Positions 33,434 through 46,574 of a stretch of DNA of 64,000 bases are shown here, one piece after another. Source of the DNA: Azolla caroliniana (Eukaryota > Plantae > Polypodiophyta); NCBI GenBank assembly GCA_043228905.1, contig JBHGNT010000018.1, forward strand, positions 7,688,001-7,752,000, written 5' to 3'. The notes beneath the pieces were generated by a model. That model was not told the origin of the DNA. It saw nothing but the letters and a program-made list of their open reading frames with translations, and made no database searches. Made by a program: the position numbers and the translations under genes. Numbering within the stretch: position 1 is the stretch's first letter; every line of letters starts with the position of its first letter.

Positions 33434-35790
33434 ACAATCAATAGACATTCTTGCTTTATATTGAAACCGAAATTCAGGGTTGACATTTGCAATGTAGTAT
33501 TCTAGCTTTGTCCTCTTAGCATCCTTCCACTTCATCCTTAATGATTCCACCAACCTTTCCTCAATCATTACATATTGCATAGCATTGCCTGAAAGCTCTA
33601 AAAGATCATCCACACCCCATCCTCTAAACCATTTCTTTATGTCAACAACACAACCAGATGAGAGAATCTTACTTTTATGATTCTTTTGTAGCTTACATCC
33701 AACATTTCAAGAAAGATGTGGTAATCGATGATTCGGCATATTCTTGACTTTTGTAATGTATTTATATACTCTTTGGAGTGCCAATAGTTCTATGGGTTGA
33801 ACACCCGTTTCCAAGAGCATAACCTGGTAAGAGGTAGTGCATTTAACTCCTAATTGCCTCCTTAAAAACATCTTTTGAATTTTCTCAATCTCGTTCCATG
33901 CATTAAGAGAGATGGTGCCACCCCATACTTCTACTCCATAAAGCAATACTTGAGTTACCATGGCATTGAACAACATTAATTTTACTTCCCATCCACAAGT
34001 ATCACTTTGGTTGCATTGGTTCTCCAAAAGGTAATATGATTTCCAACTGGCTTGGAGTCTAGAATCAAAGCATGCACTCCATTTATTTGTGGCAGGTACA
34101 TCAATACCAAGATATTTAGAGCTTTGAAAAAATTGAATATGTTCACCTTTATATGTGAGCATAGGGTAATGATGAGGTTGGATGGTTTGCACTACCATCA
34201 TTTTTGTTTTCTCCACATTCACTGCTAGTCCACTACTATGGCAAAATTCTTCTAATACCCCAAGTGAATGTTGCATACTAACAACATCATATGAGATGAG
34301 TGCCACATCATCCGCATATAGAAGCAATAAGATAACATGTTGCATCAAATTGGGGCTATTCAATCCTTCTTCTCTTGCAACCTTATTCACCACTTCTTCT
34401 AATTTATCAATACATAAGCCAAAGAGTGTGGGTGATAGTGGACATCCTTGCTTGACCCCCATGTTACTTGAGAATGCACTATCCATTTTTAGTTGGCATT
34501 TAACTTGTTCATATAGGCATGCAACCGCAACTCGGTACTCTAATGGCATGTCAATGTCTACCATTCTATACCAAAGCTCACTTCGTGGTACGGTATCAAA
34601 AGCTTTCTTGAAATCAACAAAACAACAATAAAGTATTTTTCCTTGTAGTCGACTCTCTTCCATGATTACTCTTAATGTGACCAAATGATCCACGGTGGAG
34701 TGTTTTGGTCTAAATCTGGCTTGCCCAAGTGCTCTTTTGCTTGTACTCTCAGCCCATGTGCTTATCTTTTGCTCCATAATAGTACTATATAATTTAGCAA
34801 TAGTTGAACTCACCATTATTGTACAATAATTTGCTACTTGATTCTTATCTCCGCCTTTAAATATTGGTTTAATCCAATTCATAAGCCAATCATTTGGAAA
34901 TCCTTGTTTTATAGCTTGCTCTAAAATTGTCATTATCCAATGACGAGTGTGTAACATTGTCCATTTTAAAAGCTCACTTGAGACGTAGGTTGAATCTGCT
35001 GCTTTCCCACTTGCCATCTTCTTTAGTCCCTTATTGACATCATCAATATCGATACATGTAGTGCATGGAGTTTCAATTTTCTCAACCACAGGAGCCACAC
35101 CTTCATGCATATATAACATTTGTACATAGTCTAGCATCTCTACATTTGTAAAGTGACCTTTCACATCTTCTTTCTTACCTTTGACTTGTCCCCATGCTAA
35201 TTTTGGCATATGTATCAAAAGTTTTCCATAATCTAACATGACACAATCCTCTGAGTCACGCAATAGACAATGTTCTACTACATTTTCATCAAATGTCTCC
35301 ACGTTTTGGAAATTTCCAACTCTTGCATTGAAGTCTCCCATAATTAAAACTTTACCAAGCTTCTCAAATGAAAGTATATCGTGGCATAACTCTGTAAAGG
35401 ATCATCACAATCTAACCCAAACCTACTATAGTAGTTTGAGTCTTTGTGAGGAATGTAACATGCAACTATATACAACTTCTCTTTCCCCAAATTAACCTCT
35501 ATCCATATGTATCTCTTATAGTCATCATATTTGCATACTTTGATAGAATTATCTAAGCTCTCATGGTAGATACATGCTATCCCGACATGCCCAATATTCC
35601 CTTTGGAGTGAGTCCATATCGATTTTATGAGGTAACCGTCTATCTTAGGTATACGTTTTGCCTCATGCTCCCATGTTTCAGCCAAAAATATAATATCCAT
35701 ACCATGAGCTACATCATTGAGTCCTAAACCCTTATTCCATGGATATCCTCTACAATTCTAAAACATTACTTTCAATCGTGAAGCACTTAT
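33434..35790 (-). pseudogene. LINE ORF2 (endonuclease-RT), frameshifted and internally deleted
   Basis: ORFs 35344-35700, 33707-35341 and 33428-33613. Confidence 0.88.
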
Positions 35791-35811
35791 AGTCCCATAG
35801 GTCATTGCGTG

Positions 35812-36627
35812 CTATGCATTTTGATTTGCTTTGCGAGATGCATATGCTTGCCTTCTATGTTCTTGCTCTTGCGGAGTTCTATCCTCCGTTACAAAATAAC
35901 TTGCCCCTTTTAAGTGCACCTTACTACTATCTAGAATCATTGCCCTTTTACGTTCATCGAGGATTGCACAAACAATAGCTCGAGATGTCTTTCCCTCTTG
36001 TTGCTTTTTGCCAACCCGATGTGCGGCATATACAATAACATCTCGCATAGCAAAGTGATCATCAAAGAATTTCGTAATATTTTGTCCAAGAGATAATGCA
36101 TTCTCTATTTCATTCTCTTGCATACCTCTAATGACAATATTATGCTTTCTTCTTTCGATTTCATATTGCTCCTTTACATCTAACACATCCATGGTATTGG
36201 GATGTTTTTGCGTGATTTTTGGTGTTTCTTTCAAGAGAACATCTTTCCATCTTGTCATGATCACATCTTCCTTCCCTTCAATTGTAGATTTTATTTCGGC
36301 ATTTTCCTTCACTAAAATCTCTTTTTCTGCTTCAAGACTCAACATTTTTCTTTCGATTTCAAGCATCCTATTATCTTGCATTTGCATAGTCATGTTCTTC
36401 ATTGCAGGTAGTTCTTCACGCAAAGCTTTCATCTCTAACTTTTGCATTTCCAGTGTATGTTGAAGAGTTAATTCCCTCTCCTTACAAGCATACAATTCGC
36501 TTTGCGTATGCATCACTGTCTCTTGCAATGAGATATACATAGTTGCGATCTTTTCCATTAACAATGTATGCATTTGATTGTTTGGGCTTTCAATCACATC
36601 ATCATTGGCTTTTACTCCTCTTGGCAT
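35812..36627 (-). CDS. LINE ORF1 (coiled-coil + RRM-like)
   Basis: 271-aa open ORF with RRKHNIVIRG...HRVGK...FVTEDRT. Confidence 0.8.
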   Translation of the reverse strand: MPRGVKANDDVIESPNNQMHTLLMEKIATMYISLQETVMHTQSELYACKERELTLQHTLEMQKLEMKALREELPAMKNMTMQMQDNRMLEIERKMLSLEAEKEILVKENAEIKSTIEGKEDVIMTRWKDVLLKETPKITQKHPNTMDVLDVKEQYEIERRKHNIVIRGMQENEIENALSLGQNITKFFDDHFAMRDVIVYAAHRVGKKQQEGKTSRAIVCAILDERKRAMILDSSKVHLKGASYFVTEDRTPQEQEHRRQAYASRKANQNA

Positions 36628-36818
36628 ATTTGCTATTAATAAAATGATAGAAGAAGTAGAATGTACCTTTCAATCGATTTAGGGTTTCAAAATCTACCTT
36701 GAGTTTGAGGAGCCGCGGGGCAAAGAGGGTTGCAAACAAAAATGCTCATAACTCCTCACTCCGACAACAGAATTCAGCAAATAAACATTCGTTAGAAAGC
36801 TCTCTGAAAGAGCTTTCC

Positions 36819-36821
<3 letters not shown>

Positions 36822-36894
<73 letters not shown>

Positions 36895-37244
36895 GACAAG
36901 AACTAAATTATGCTTCCGTAACTGGTGTTGTTCACCTTAATTGTAAACAAGGTGCACCGAAGTATTTATACAAGAATGAGGTGGTATGCATGCAAGCTAG
37001 GAAACATCTAGAGATTGATTGGAAACTTCTAGAGAGTGTATGAAGATACATTCTCTAGAAGTTTCTTGAAATTTCTAGTGATTTACATAGAATGTAATAA
37101 GTTGAAACTTATACAATACAATAATGCATAGATGGATGTAGCTCAATTGGTAAGGTTGCCCAATAAGACCAGGAGGTCATGGGTTCAACCCCCTACATTC
37201 CATCGTGTCTATGATACCATTATGTAATCAACATGTCGTCAACA
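36822..37244 (-). repeat. Chromovirus-like LTR remnant including a (GA)~35 microsatellite
   Basis: Same layout as 24170-24627: GA tract, TATA at 36963-36970, TCTAGA repeats, tRNA-like module, ends CAACA. Confidence 0.6.
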
Positions 37245-37810
37245 TGTAGGATCAGATAAATCCGGGACTTGTCGGCCAATTGCCGAGTATATAAACATGG
37301 GTTGGAGTCGGATCAATTGTAGTCGAGCTTTCTGTTGTTCGGTCGACAATTGCTACTTTGCCGACACAGTATAAGACGAACGTTCGTACCAAACGTTCTA
37401 TCAAGAAGTTGTGGTTAGACGAGTAGATACGAATTAGTTGTAAACTTATCAGTGATAACAGACTCCGAGATTGTGAATTATGTAACATAGCTTAGATAGA
37501 AGGAAATAGATAGCAAGAGTGATTCGTACACAGAGGTTTCCTAACTAAACTTTATATTACTAAATACAATGATAGATTTTTACAATGCCTTCGGTTCCTT
37601 TTATAGGTAACCCAAAGGTCGTTTCTCATCAAGACATCCTACTTCCTATATTTATCAGGAATTACAAAACTTCGTAACTAACTATATCCTATTCGGCTAT
37701 CTGCTGAGTCATCGATCTGAATTGTCCATCCGACTCCGAGTCTGAACTTCCTTCCGACTCTAACGCATTTATACTTGTCCGGGTTTAGGAGTCAAACTTC
37801 TGGTACCACA
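37245..37810. repeat. Probable solo or partial LTR of another family
   Basis: TG...CA-bounded noncoding block with TATA-like ttttatagg. No TSD found. Confidence 0.35.
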
Positions 37811-38562
37811 TCCTCGGCGCTTGTTTTAAGCCGTATAGGCTTTTCTTCAATTGACATACGAGGTGACTTTCATCCCTCGTCATTGAGAAGCCTGGTGGTT
37901 GGGATATGTAAATGTCCTCTTCCAAGTCTCCGTGTAGGAATGTCGTCTTTCCGTCGAGTTCAAACCTCTAGGTCTTCTGTTGCCACGACCCCGAGTAGGA
38001 GTCGAAGGATGGTCATCTTGACTACTGGATAAAATTTATTATCATAGTCAACTCCATTTTCTAGCTTGAAGCCCGTCGTGACAAGTTGAGCTTTGTATTT
38101 GGGTTTTTCCGAATCGTTTACATGTTTGAACAGAAAAACCCATTTACAGGGCAGTGGCTTCCTTTCAACTTGTAGTTCGACCAATTTCCACGTCTGATTT
38201 TTGTGAATCAATTCTATCTCAGATTTCATGGCTTGTAGCCATGTGTTGGCATCCGGTGTGGCCATAGCTTCTTCGTATGTGCTTGGTTTGCCTGCATCGG
38301 TGTAGTTGACATAGTCAAGGCCCAGTTGATAGAACTCTATCGGCCTCCGAACTCGTCCGGATGTCCTAGCTGCCATATGGATCGATTCCACTGCTTTAGT
38401 CATTTCGGTTGGCCAACTAGAATTACTTAGACCGTCTTTAGGAGTCCTGCACAATGATTCACTCGTTTGGTAGGATTTCGGCATCTTGTAATCATGCTCC
38501 CCATTTTCGGAATTGATTGACATGGAGGTAGGGGACTTAGTCGACTCGAGTGTATTTGTCTT
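37811..38562 (-). mobile_element. Copia RT N-terminal fragment (host of B2)
   Basis: WLQAMKSE...CKWV...KYKAQLV...[13 protein letters not shown]. Confidence 0.85.
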
Positions 38563-41500
38563 TGTAAAGAATCAAGAGATGGATTATTCTGAAGCGGAAT
38601 AGGTGTGAACTGTGTGTGTATGAGAGAGAGAGAGAGTGAGAGAGACAAGGAGTAATACACAGAGAATATGCAAGGTAAAGTTTTTATTTTTTTAGCAAAG
38701 GAGAAAGACTCGACATTATACAAGGTGGGAGGAGGGTGCTTTATGTAGTCACCCTCTCTCTTCAGTAACTACAAGGCTCATGGATCATGGGGAATGTGAA
38801 AGCTCATAAGTTATGTGTCATAGAATATGATTCTATGACTCATACTAAATGCTAGAATACAAAGTGGTGACATAATGGTGACTCTTGACCGTTGAGGTGT
38901 CTCTTCACTCTCAAGGTGAGTTCACACACTAGAACAAGTTGAGCTTGATTCTCAACACGCCCCCTCAAGCTCAAGTCGGGTCGGTTTCAGATGGTATCCG
39001 AAATCCGCTTCAATTCACGTTCGGGAGTCCGCGTCGACTCGCTTTATGAGGAGTTGCGGAATCCGTGCTCTAGCTTGCGTTGTGCGTAGTTACGAAGTCT
39101 GTGCTTCGGCTTGTGTGTGTAGTTGCGAAGTCTGTGCTTCGGCTTGCGTCTTTCTTCACGGCTTTGCGCGGTAGATCGGCTCTTTGCTGCTACAGTGTGT
39201 GGTTGCGGAATCTACGCGTTATTGCGTAGTGTCTTCAATACTCCCCCTCAAGCTTGGCAGATCAGGGATCGTCAATCCGAGATCAGTCATGAATTGCCAT
39301 AACTTGTCGGCTCCTAAGGCTTTAGTGAAGATGTCGGCCGTTTGAAGATTGGTGCTTATGTGTTGTAGGTTGACATCGCCAGCCAGAACGCGCTCTCGGA
39401 TGAAGTGATAGTGCACTTCGATGTGCTTTGTCCTCGCATGGAACACCGGGTTCCGAGCCAGATAGATACTGGTCATGTTGTCGCAGTAAAGGGAAGTCGC
39501 ATCCTTGATGGGTACGCCCAGATCCTTAAAAATCCTCTTGAGCCATACGGCTTCACACGCAGCTACGGCTGCGCCCCTGTATTCCGCCTTCGTACTCGAA
39601 AGAGCGACGGTGGGCTGTGTCGTTGAGAGATCATGATTCCGGCCGGAGTCCGAATTACCTCGATGCCGAGGAAGTAGTGGAGCTCCTTCATGTCTGTCAT
39701 CTCGAACTTGTCAGAAAGGAGGGATTTGACCTTATTGATTTCGACGAGATGCTCACCTCCAATGACTAGGTCATCCACATATAAAATGATGACGATCGGA
39801 CTTGCGGAATCGCTTCGTATGTGGAGGGAGTTGTCCAATTTTGACATACGGAAGCCGATTTGATGAAGATATTGCATTATCTTCGAATGTCAAGCACACG
39901 GTGCTTGCTTGAGGCCGTAAAGTGGCTTCTTGAGTCGGCATACAACTTTCGGATGGGTGCTCGATTTGAAGCTGGGTGGTTGTAGCATGTACACCTCCTC
40001 TTCTAATTCGCCTTGTAGAAAGGCGTTCTTGACGTCCATTTGATGGAGGTGCCACCCTTTCGCCGTGGCAATCGCAATTACGGTCCGCACCGTCGTCATC
40101 TTTGCCACCGGGGCAAAGGTTTCTTCATAGTCGACGCCATGTGTCTGAGCGTATCCTTTCGCTACGAGTCGAGCTTTGTAGCGGTTTACGAAACCATCGG
40201 CGTTATACTTCACCTTGTAGATCCATCTGCATCCGATCTCCTTTTTGTGTGGTGAGGTGGGAACGAGATCCCACGTCTCGTTCTTCCGTAGTGCCTACAT
40301 CTCCTCATTCATTGCTTCGATCCATCGCGGGTCCTTCGCGGCTTCCGAGAAGGTTTCCGGCTCTCGTACTATCGCTACCTTCATCATAAAGGCGTAATGG
40401 TACGCCATGTAATTGTTGTAGCCGAATCGACTTACAGGGTTCTTTTCATTTGCAGAGATGAGGGCTTTCTTTGCTCCGATTGGTACCTCGAAACCGCCGA
40501 ACTCACTGTCGAGTGAGTGAAATGACTCATCGTCGGTGAAGCGATCGTCTTCATATTCCACCATTTTCACCTTGCCTTTGTCCATCTTCGGGCTAGGCCG
40601 TGATGTGCTTTGATCGCTCAAAGGCTCTTGTGGTCCGCTCAGTTAGGTCGTGATCGGACTTTCTTCGAACATGCACGTAAGGTGATCTTCATCCTCTATC
40701 TCTTATTCGGTGGATTCCGGGTCGAGCGGGGTCGGAGTCGAAGTTGTCTCTGGTGCGTACCAGGATGCAGACTCGTCAAAGACGACGTCTCGACTTACTC
40801 GGGATTGTCGAGTTGAGGGTTTGTAGCACTTGTACCCCTTTTGCTCCAGTGAGTATCCTACGAGGATACATTTCTCCGACTTCGGGTCGAGCTTTTGACG
40901 CTTCTCGTTGGGGATGTGCACGTACGCAATGGAGCCGAATATCCGAACATGTGATAGGTTCGGCTTCTTTCCGAAGAATATTTCGTGCGGAGTGACCTCG
41001 TGCATGCCGGATGTTGTGCACCGGTTCATTAGGTAGTCGGCTGTATTTGCCGCTTCAGCCCAATATGACTTGGGCATATGCTTCTCGTTCATCATGGCCC
41101 GCGCTACTTCGAGAATGTGCCGATTTTTGCGCTCGGCTACTCCGTTTTGTTGCGGAGTGTGTCGGCAAGTGAATTCTCGCCGAATTCCTTCCTTTCGGAT
41201 ATACGCCGTGAAATCGTCCGAGAAGTACTCCTTGCCACCATCCAATCGAAGGCATCGTACATGTCGGCCCGTGGCTTTCTCGACTTCATTCTTGAAATTT
41301 TGGAAGTGTCCGAACACTTCGCTCTTTTGCCGCATCGGGTAGATCCAAGTGTGCCTAGAAAAGTCATCGATGAAGAGCACGTAATAGCGGCATCCGCCGA
41401 ATGTCGCCGTTTGAGCCGGACCCCATACATCGGAATGAATTACGTCGAGTATGCCTTTGCTGACATTCCACTCCTTCGGAAATGGGTGCCGGTGTTGCTT

Positions 41501-43655
41501 GCCGAATTGGCACGCTTCGCATACACCTTCAATCTCCTTCTCTTTGAATGTTGGGAGTCCGATGACGACTCCTTTCGATTTCATTGCTTTGAGTTTGTTG
41601 AGATTGATGTGGCCGATTCGCTTATGCCATAGCTCTATGTCGGAGTCGGCTTTCGTGCTTTTCGCGAACATGGCGGATTTCATCTCGTGCGAATAGAGAA
41701 TGAACATCCGTCCCTCTCTTCTTCCGTGTGCGATAATTCGGCCTTCTTTTTCGATGAAGCACCCTTCTTGGTCGAATCGTACTTGCATCCCTTGCTCAAC
41801 CATTTGGCCAACCGAGACCAAATTCTTTGTGATGGTGGGTACATGCAAGACATTTTTAATGTATGTTTGCTTACCTCTTTCGCCGAACAGAACATTGCCG
41901 ATGTGCCGAATCGGGTGCGTAGTGTCATCTCCGGTTTCGACATAACCGGGTCGCTCCGGCTCTCAAATTCGAGAAACCATTCTTTGTGGGATGTCATATG
42001 GTTTGAGGCTCCGGAGTCAACAAACCATACGTCCTCCGGATTGAGGGCACTAGTTGAGGTAGAGGCCGACATAGAGTTTGCTCTATGTTTCATCATGAAC
42101 ATTCCGCCACGGTCGGAGTTGTATGCGTACATTCCGCCACGATCCTCGTAGTCGGAGTTGTGCCTGTACATTCCGCTATACTCTTGGTAGTCGAAATTCG
42201 TGAGTAATTCGTGAGTTGTCGGCTTGTGGAAGCCGATTCACGCATCTTCTTTCGGCACTCTTCTTCGTGGTGGCCGAGCTTTCCGCAATATCCGCATTCG
42301 GTTGCGTTTTGACGGCTCCGGCCGGAGTGGAAGATCCCCCTTCTTGCGAAGGTTCCTCGTTGACCTCCGTTTTGCGGCCGAAATTGGGAGTTGTTGTCGT
42401 AGGTCGGACTTGTCCTTGGCCGAATCGGCCTCTCGCTTGTCCGCGTCCTCTTCCTCCATTAAAGTGCGTGTAGAGCATGTGGCCTTCCGACTCATTGCTC
42501 CTTTTACGCATGTGGTTTTCTTCGACCAATAGCATTGATTGGAGCTCGAAGAAGGAGGGAGATTTCTCCCGTGCTAGAACGGCAGTTCGCATCGCGCCGA
42601 ACTGTGATGCGAGGCCGCCGAGGCATATTTGCACCATTTCATCATCATCTATACTTACGCTTATTGAGCTGAGCGAGTCGCAAAGCTCCTTGATCTTGAA
42701 GGTGTATGTCGTGAAGGGATATCCCAAGGGACATATCCCTTTGTTGAATGTTGTTCAACTCTTGGCGGAGTTGAAGCTTCCTCGCGGTCGTGTTGGCGGT
42801 GAAAATCTTTCGTAGGTTTTCCCACGCTTCCTTTGGCGTCTTGGCTTCTCGAATGTAACCGAGCATGTGGTCGTGAACACATGTCACCAAACAATACATC
42901 ACGCGGCTTGCGGCTTGCTCCCATGTTGCGTATCCGGGAGTTGCTTCGGTAGGTCGGTCTTCATGCGCTCCTTTGATGTAGCTCCAATAGCCTTGTCCGA
43001 CAAGGTATTGGTGCATCTTGTACTCCCAAGATGCGAAGTTGTTTTGATCCAACTTCTCGGTAGGGAGAGCGCTCCCCATTTGAATATTCATTATGTCGAT
43101 TCTTCTTCTTCTTCTTCTTCTTCTTCTTCTCTCTGTGAATGCGAGCTATGTAGCGAAGCTACGATAGCGATGAGCCGGTTCTTGGTCGTCGGCGTGGAGC
43201 ACAACACACGATCACGATGAGGCGAATGGGCTAGATCGGGCTACCAAATCGCTCTGATACCATGTAAAGAATCAAGAGATGGATTCTTGTGAAGCGGAAT
43301 AGGTGTGAACTGTGTGTGTATGAGAGAGAGAGAGAGTGAGAGAGACAAGGAGTAATACACAGAGAATACGCAAGGTAAAGTTTTTTTTTTTAGCAAAGGA
43401 GAAAGACTCGACATTATACAAGGTGGGAGGAGGGTGCTTTATGTAGTCACCCTCTCTCTTCATTAACTACAAGGCTCATGGAGCATGGGGAATGTGAAAG
43501 CTCATAAGTTATGTGTCATAGAATATGATTCTATGACTCATACTAAATGCTAGAATACAAAGTGGTGACATAATGGTGACTCTTGACCGTTGAGGTGTCT
43601 CTTCCCTCTCAAGGTGAGTTCACACACTAGACCAAGTTGAGCTTGATTCTCAACA
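38563..43655 (-). mobile_element. Copia B2, near full length with both LTRs (38563-38957, 43263-43655)
   Basis: LTRs differ by ~7 substitutions and one indel. Imperfect TSD gtctt/ttctt. PBS at 43251-43262, PPT at 38958-38966. gag 42176-43091, IN 40703-41848, RT 39563-40621 with a deletion at ~39620. Confidence 0.93.
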
Positions 43656-45090
43656 TTCTTTTTGGCCTTGGGTGTTTCGGTTGGGTCGAATTTGTCTCTT
43701 TCAACTTTTTCGTTTACGACTCGCACCTTATTGACTTTGGTTTTTCGACTCTTGTCAATTCAACTTTGTCATTGATGGCTTTGTCTTCGAGTTCGGCTAG
43801 TGGAGCTTCTACCGATATGGAGTTGGTAGGTGTATTGTTGGCTTGGTCGATTTCAATTGTTCGCCGAAGCTCTAATTCGGCCTAGTGGGTCGGTCTTTCT
43901 ACGATATCGCTATTGACTTCGAAAGAGACCTTTTGTCGACTATTTTCTGCTAGTTTTGCTCTGAGAGGATAGACTCTTTGTTGAAGACTATGTCTCCGTA
44001 TCACATCAATTTCCAATTCTCCCCGTCCCATAGCCGATAGACGAAATCCCCATTGGTTCCATAACCGAGAAATATGCATTTCGTTGCATGGGGTGCCAAC
44101 TTGGTCCTTTTCTCCCTGGGGATAAATGCGTAAGCTTCGCATCCAAAAATTTGAAGCCTATCGTAGGTCAACTGTTTGCCTGACCATAGTGTTTGTGGCA
44201 CTTCAAGCTTGATTTCTTTCGACGGTGATAGATTTATTGGATATACTACCGTTTGCAATGCTTCAGCCCAAAACTCCAGCTTCAGTCCGGCTTGTTGAAG
44301 CATTGTCTTCACCCGCTCTTGGATCGTGCAATTGATCTGTTCTGTTACTCCATTTTGCATGGGTGTGTAAGGAACGGTTTTTTGATGTCTGATCCCTTTG
44401 TTGGACAGGTATTGTTTGAAGGCTCGATAGGTATATTTGACTCTGTTGTCAGATCAGAGTGTCTTCACTCTACGTCCTAACCGATTCTCTACTTCGACTA
44501 ACCATTGAGTGAAGATCTCGAGGGTTGCGTCTTTGGATGTAATCGAATAGGTTCAGACCTTCCGTGTACAATCATCGACGAACATGATGAAGTACTGGGA
44601 GCCACCTAGTGATAGCTCGGGCATAAGCCCACATATATCTGGGTGCACAAGCTCTAGGGCCTGTCATACCATCTCATAATCGGAAGTCCATCTTTTCTTG
44701 GAGTTTCAGAATATAGCCGACCGCCATCAGTCGATCCATTTTGACTTCCGACATATGGCCGAGTCATCCATGCCATAAGTTTGGGTCGGTCTTCTTAGCT
44801 ACATTCACGACCCCTTTAGGATTGATCACCATCATTGGGTACAAGTTATTGTACTTGTGCCTGCTTCCAATTCTTAGATTTCCTCGGCTGATCATCCATG
44901 CCAACTCGTTGAGAGTCGTTTGGTACCCGTCTTCAGCTAGCATGCCGATAGAGACCAGACTCCTTTTCAAATCAAGTACATGCCGAACTTGATGCAGGGT
45001 GATCATGTTGCTATTTGGCAATCAGATGGGGACCTCTCCGATCCTTGTGATTATACACTCTGTCACATTCTAGACTCGAACCTCTGACTT
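43656..45090 (-). mobile_element. Copia PR/GAG-pre-integrase/IN fragment (continuation of 37811-38562)
   Basis: VRHVLDLKRSLVSIG, LWHG, QNGVTE...FWAEA...IFGCEAY. Confidence 0.85.
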
Positions 45091-45539
45091 TGTTGCCGGT
45101 TAGGAACACGGCCTACCCTCAGTCCTTCGGGGTAGGTACCCAGGTGATCGTGGTGCAAGGGGGTAGGGATACGCGCAGCCTGCTGGACATAGTGACTTAT
45201 ACTGTTAGAGGGTATTTACTAAGGGAGTGAACAAGAGACGTCTTTAACCGAGTTCCTAATGTGTGTAACTACGCACCAGGTACTTACCTTATATGCTTAC
45301 GTTTATACACTCATACAGAGATAACATGGAATACACAAGAGATACAATATTAGAGAAGACAAAACTCTATTAACGATTATGGTCAAAAAGGCGCTAGTTG
45401 TTACACTGTTCTTCTGCCCTTCATATACACAGGGCTTAGCCCATTACACTTCCTATGTGAACCACTGCACACGTTACTTAACGCTCCTAATATAATAATA
45501 CATTTCTTACCCTTGCGTTATTAACATTTGTCCGCTTCC

Positions 45540-46020
45540 GGTGAACAACAGACTTTTAACACACAGTCCACTGTGTTGTGTTAACCATATGGAAACTCAT
45601 GTGAACTGTCCACATTCGATTGTGAACTTGTATATATCGTAGAGTCTAGTGTATAGTACATTCGAGAATATTCTAGTCGTTATTATATTCTAGAATTATT
45701 CTGTTGTATATTCTAAACAAGTATATTCTCGAGATATTTCTCGAGTATATTCTAGAGATGTTCAATCTTGTAAATTGTATAAATACTTGTAACATCCTTG
45801 GTCCCTTTCAAGGGATTCAACACCAATCATTGACACATCAATCTAGTATTCTCATTTCGCCCATCTTGTCTTCTTGATCTTTATTTCTGTCTTCATGCCC
45901 TCATTTCGCTCACAACATCTAGAGTTCCTAGCCTCATCACATTTAGCTCCAAGTTCATCCGTCGCTCGTAGCCCCATCATCTGTGCTCCGTCCTACTCCG
46001 CACATGGTGTGTCCATGACA
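45540..46020 (+). repeat. Chromovirus-like LTR (5' boundary uncertain) followed by a self-priming-type PBS
   Basis: TCTAGA/ATATTCT repeats, TATAAATA at 45778-45785, ends CATGACA at 46020, then GTTGAATCCCTT. Confidence 0.65.
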
Positions 46021-46574
46021 GGTTGAATCCCTTCCAATTGGGAGCACCACCCATCTTCGTCATCGCCTTTGCTTCTAGAGTTACCATCATCAACGTCCTT
46101 GCTTCCAGAGTTACCATCATCAACATCCTTGTTTTCGACGTCATCATTTTCAACACCTCTTCTCCCAACTATCGTTGTCATCAACACTACTTGTCATCAT
46201 TTTTAGGTATCATTTTGCATCACGGTTTTGGTGAGGAGTACTTTTGATCCCACGCCTTCCCAGTTCTAGTGGGGGTTACAACCGCTCACTTTCTTGCTGG
46301 GGATTGGATCATTGCTCTCTTGCACTACATTATCGTTATAGTTCTAGTCCTGCGCCACTTCCTGTTGGCGAGGACCAATTTCAATCGCTTACCTTTTAGT
46401 TTAGGTGGCGTGGCGGTCAAAACCGCTCACATTCCTGGTGGGGATCGCGTGGGTTTCTCGCTAGTGCTACCGTTTGTGCCGTGTCTTGGGTCAACCTCGA
46501 CTATTTACACTCTCATAATAGAAGAAGTCGAGTCACCCGCTTCACTTGCACTCCTTCGCCCATTGTCTTTCCAC

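Larger units (their letters stand above)
33434..36821 (-). mobile_element. Two-ORF LINE (RTE/RTEX-like), 3' end interrupted
   Basis: ORF1 plus ORF2 with APE endonuclease (DIIFLAETWE, MGDFNAR) and RT (VDFKKAFD, GVKQGCPLSPTLF, YADD). Confidence 0.9.
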
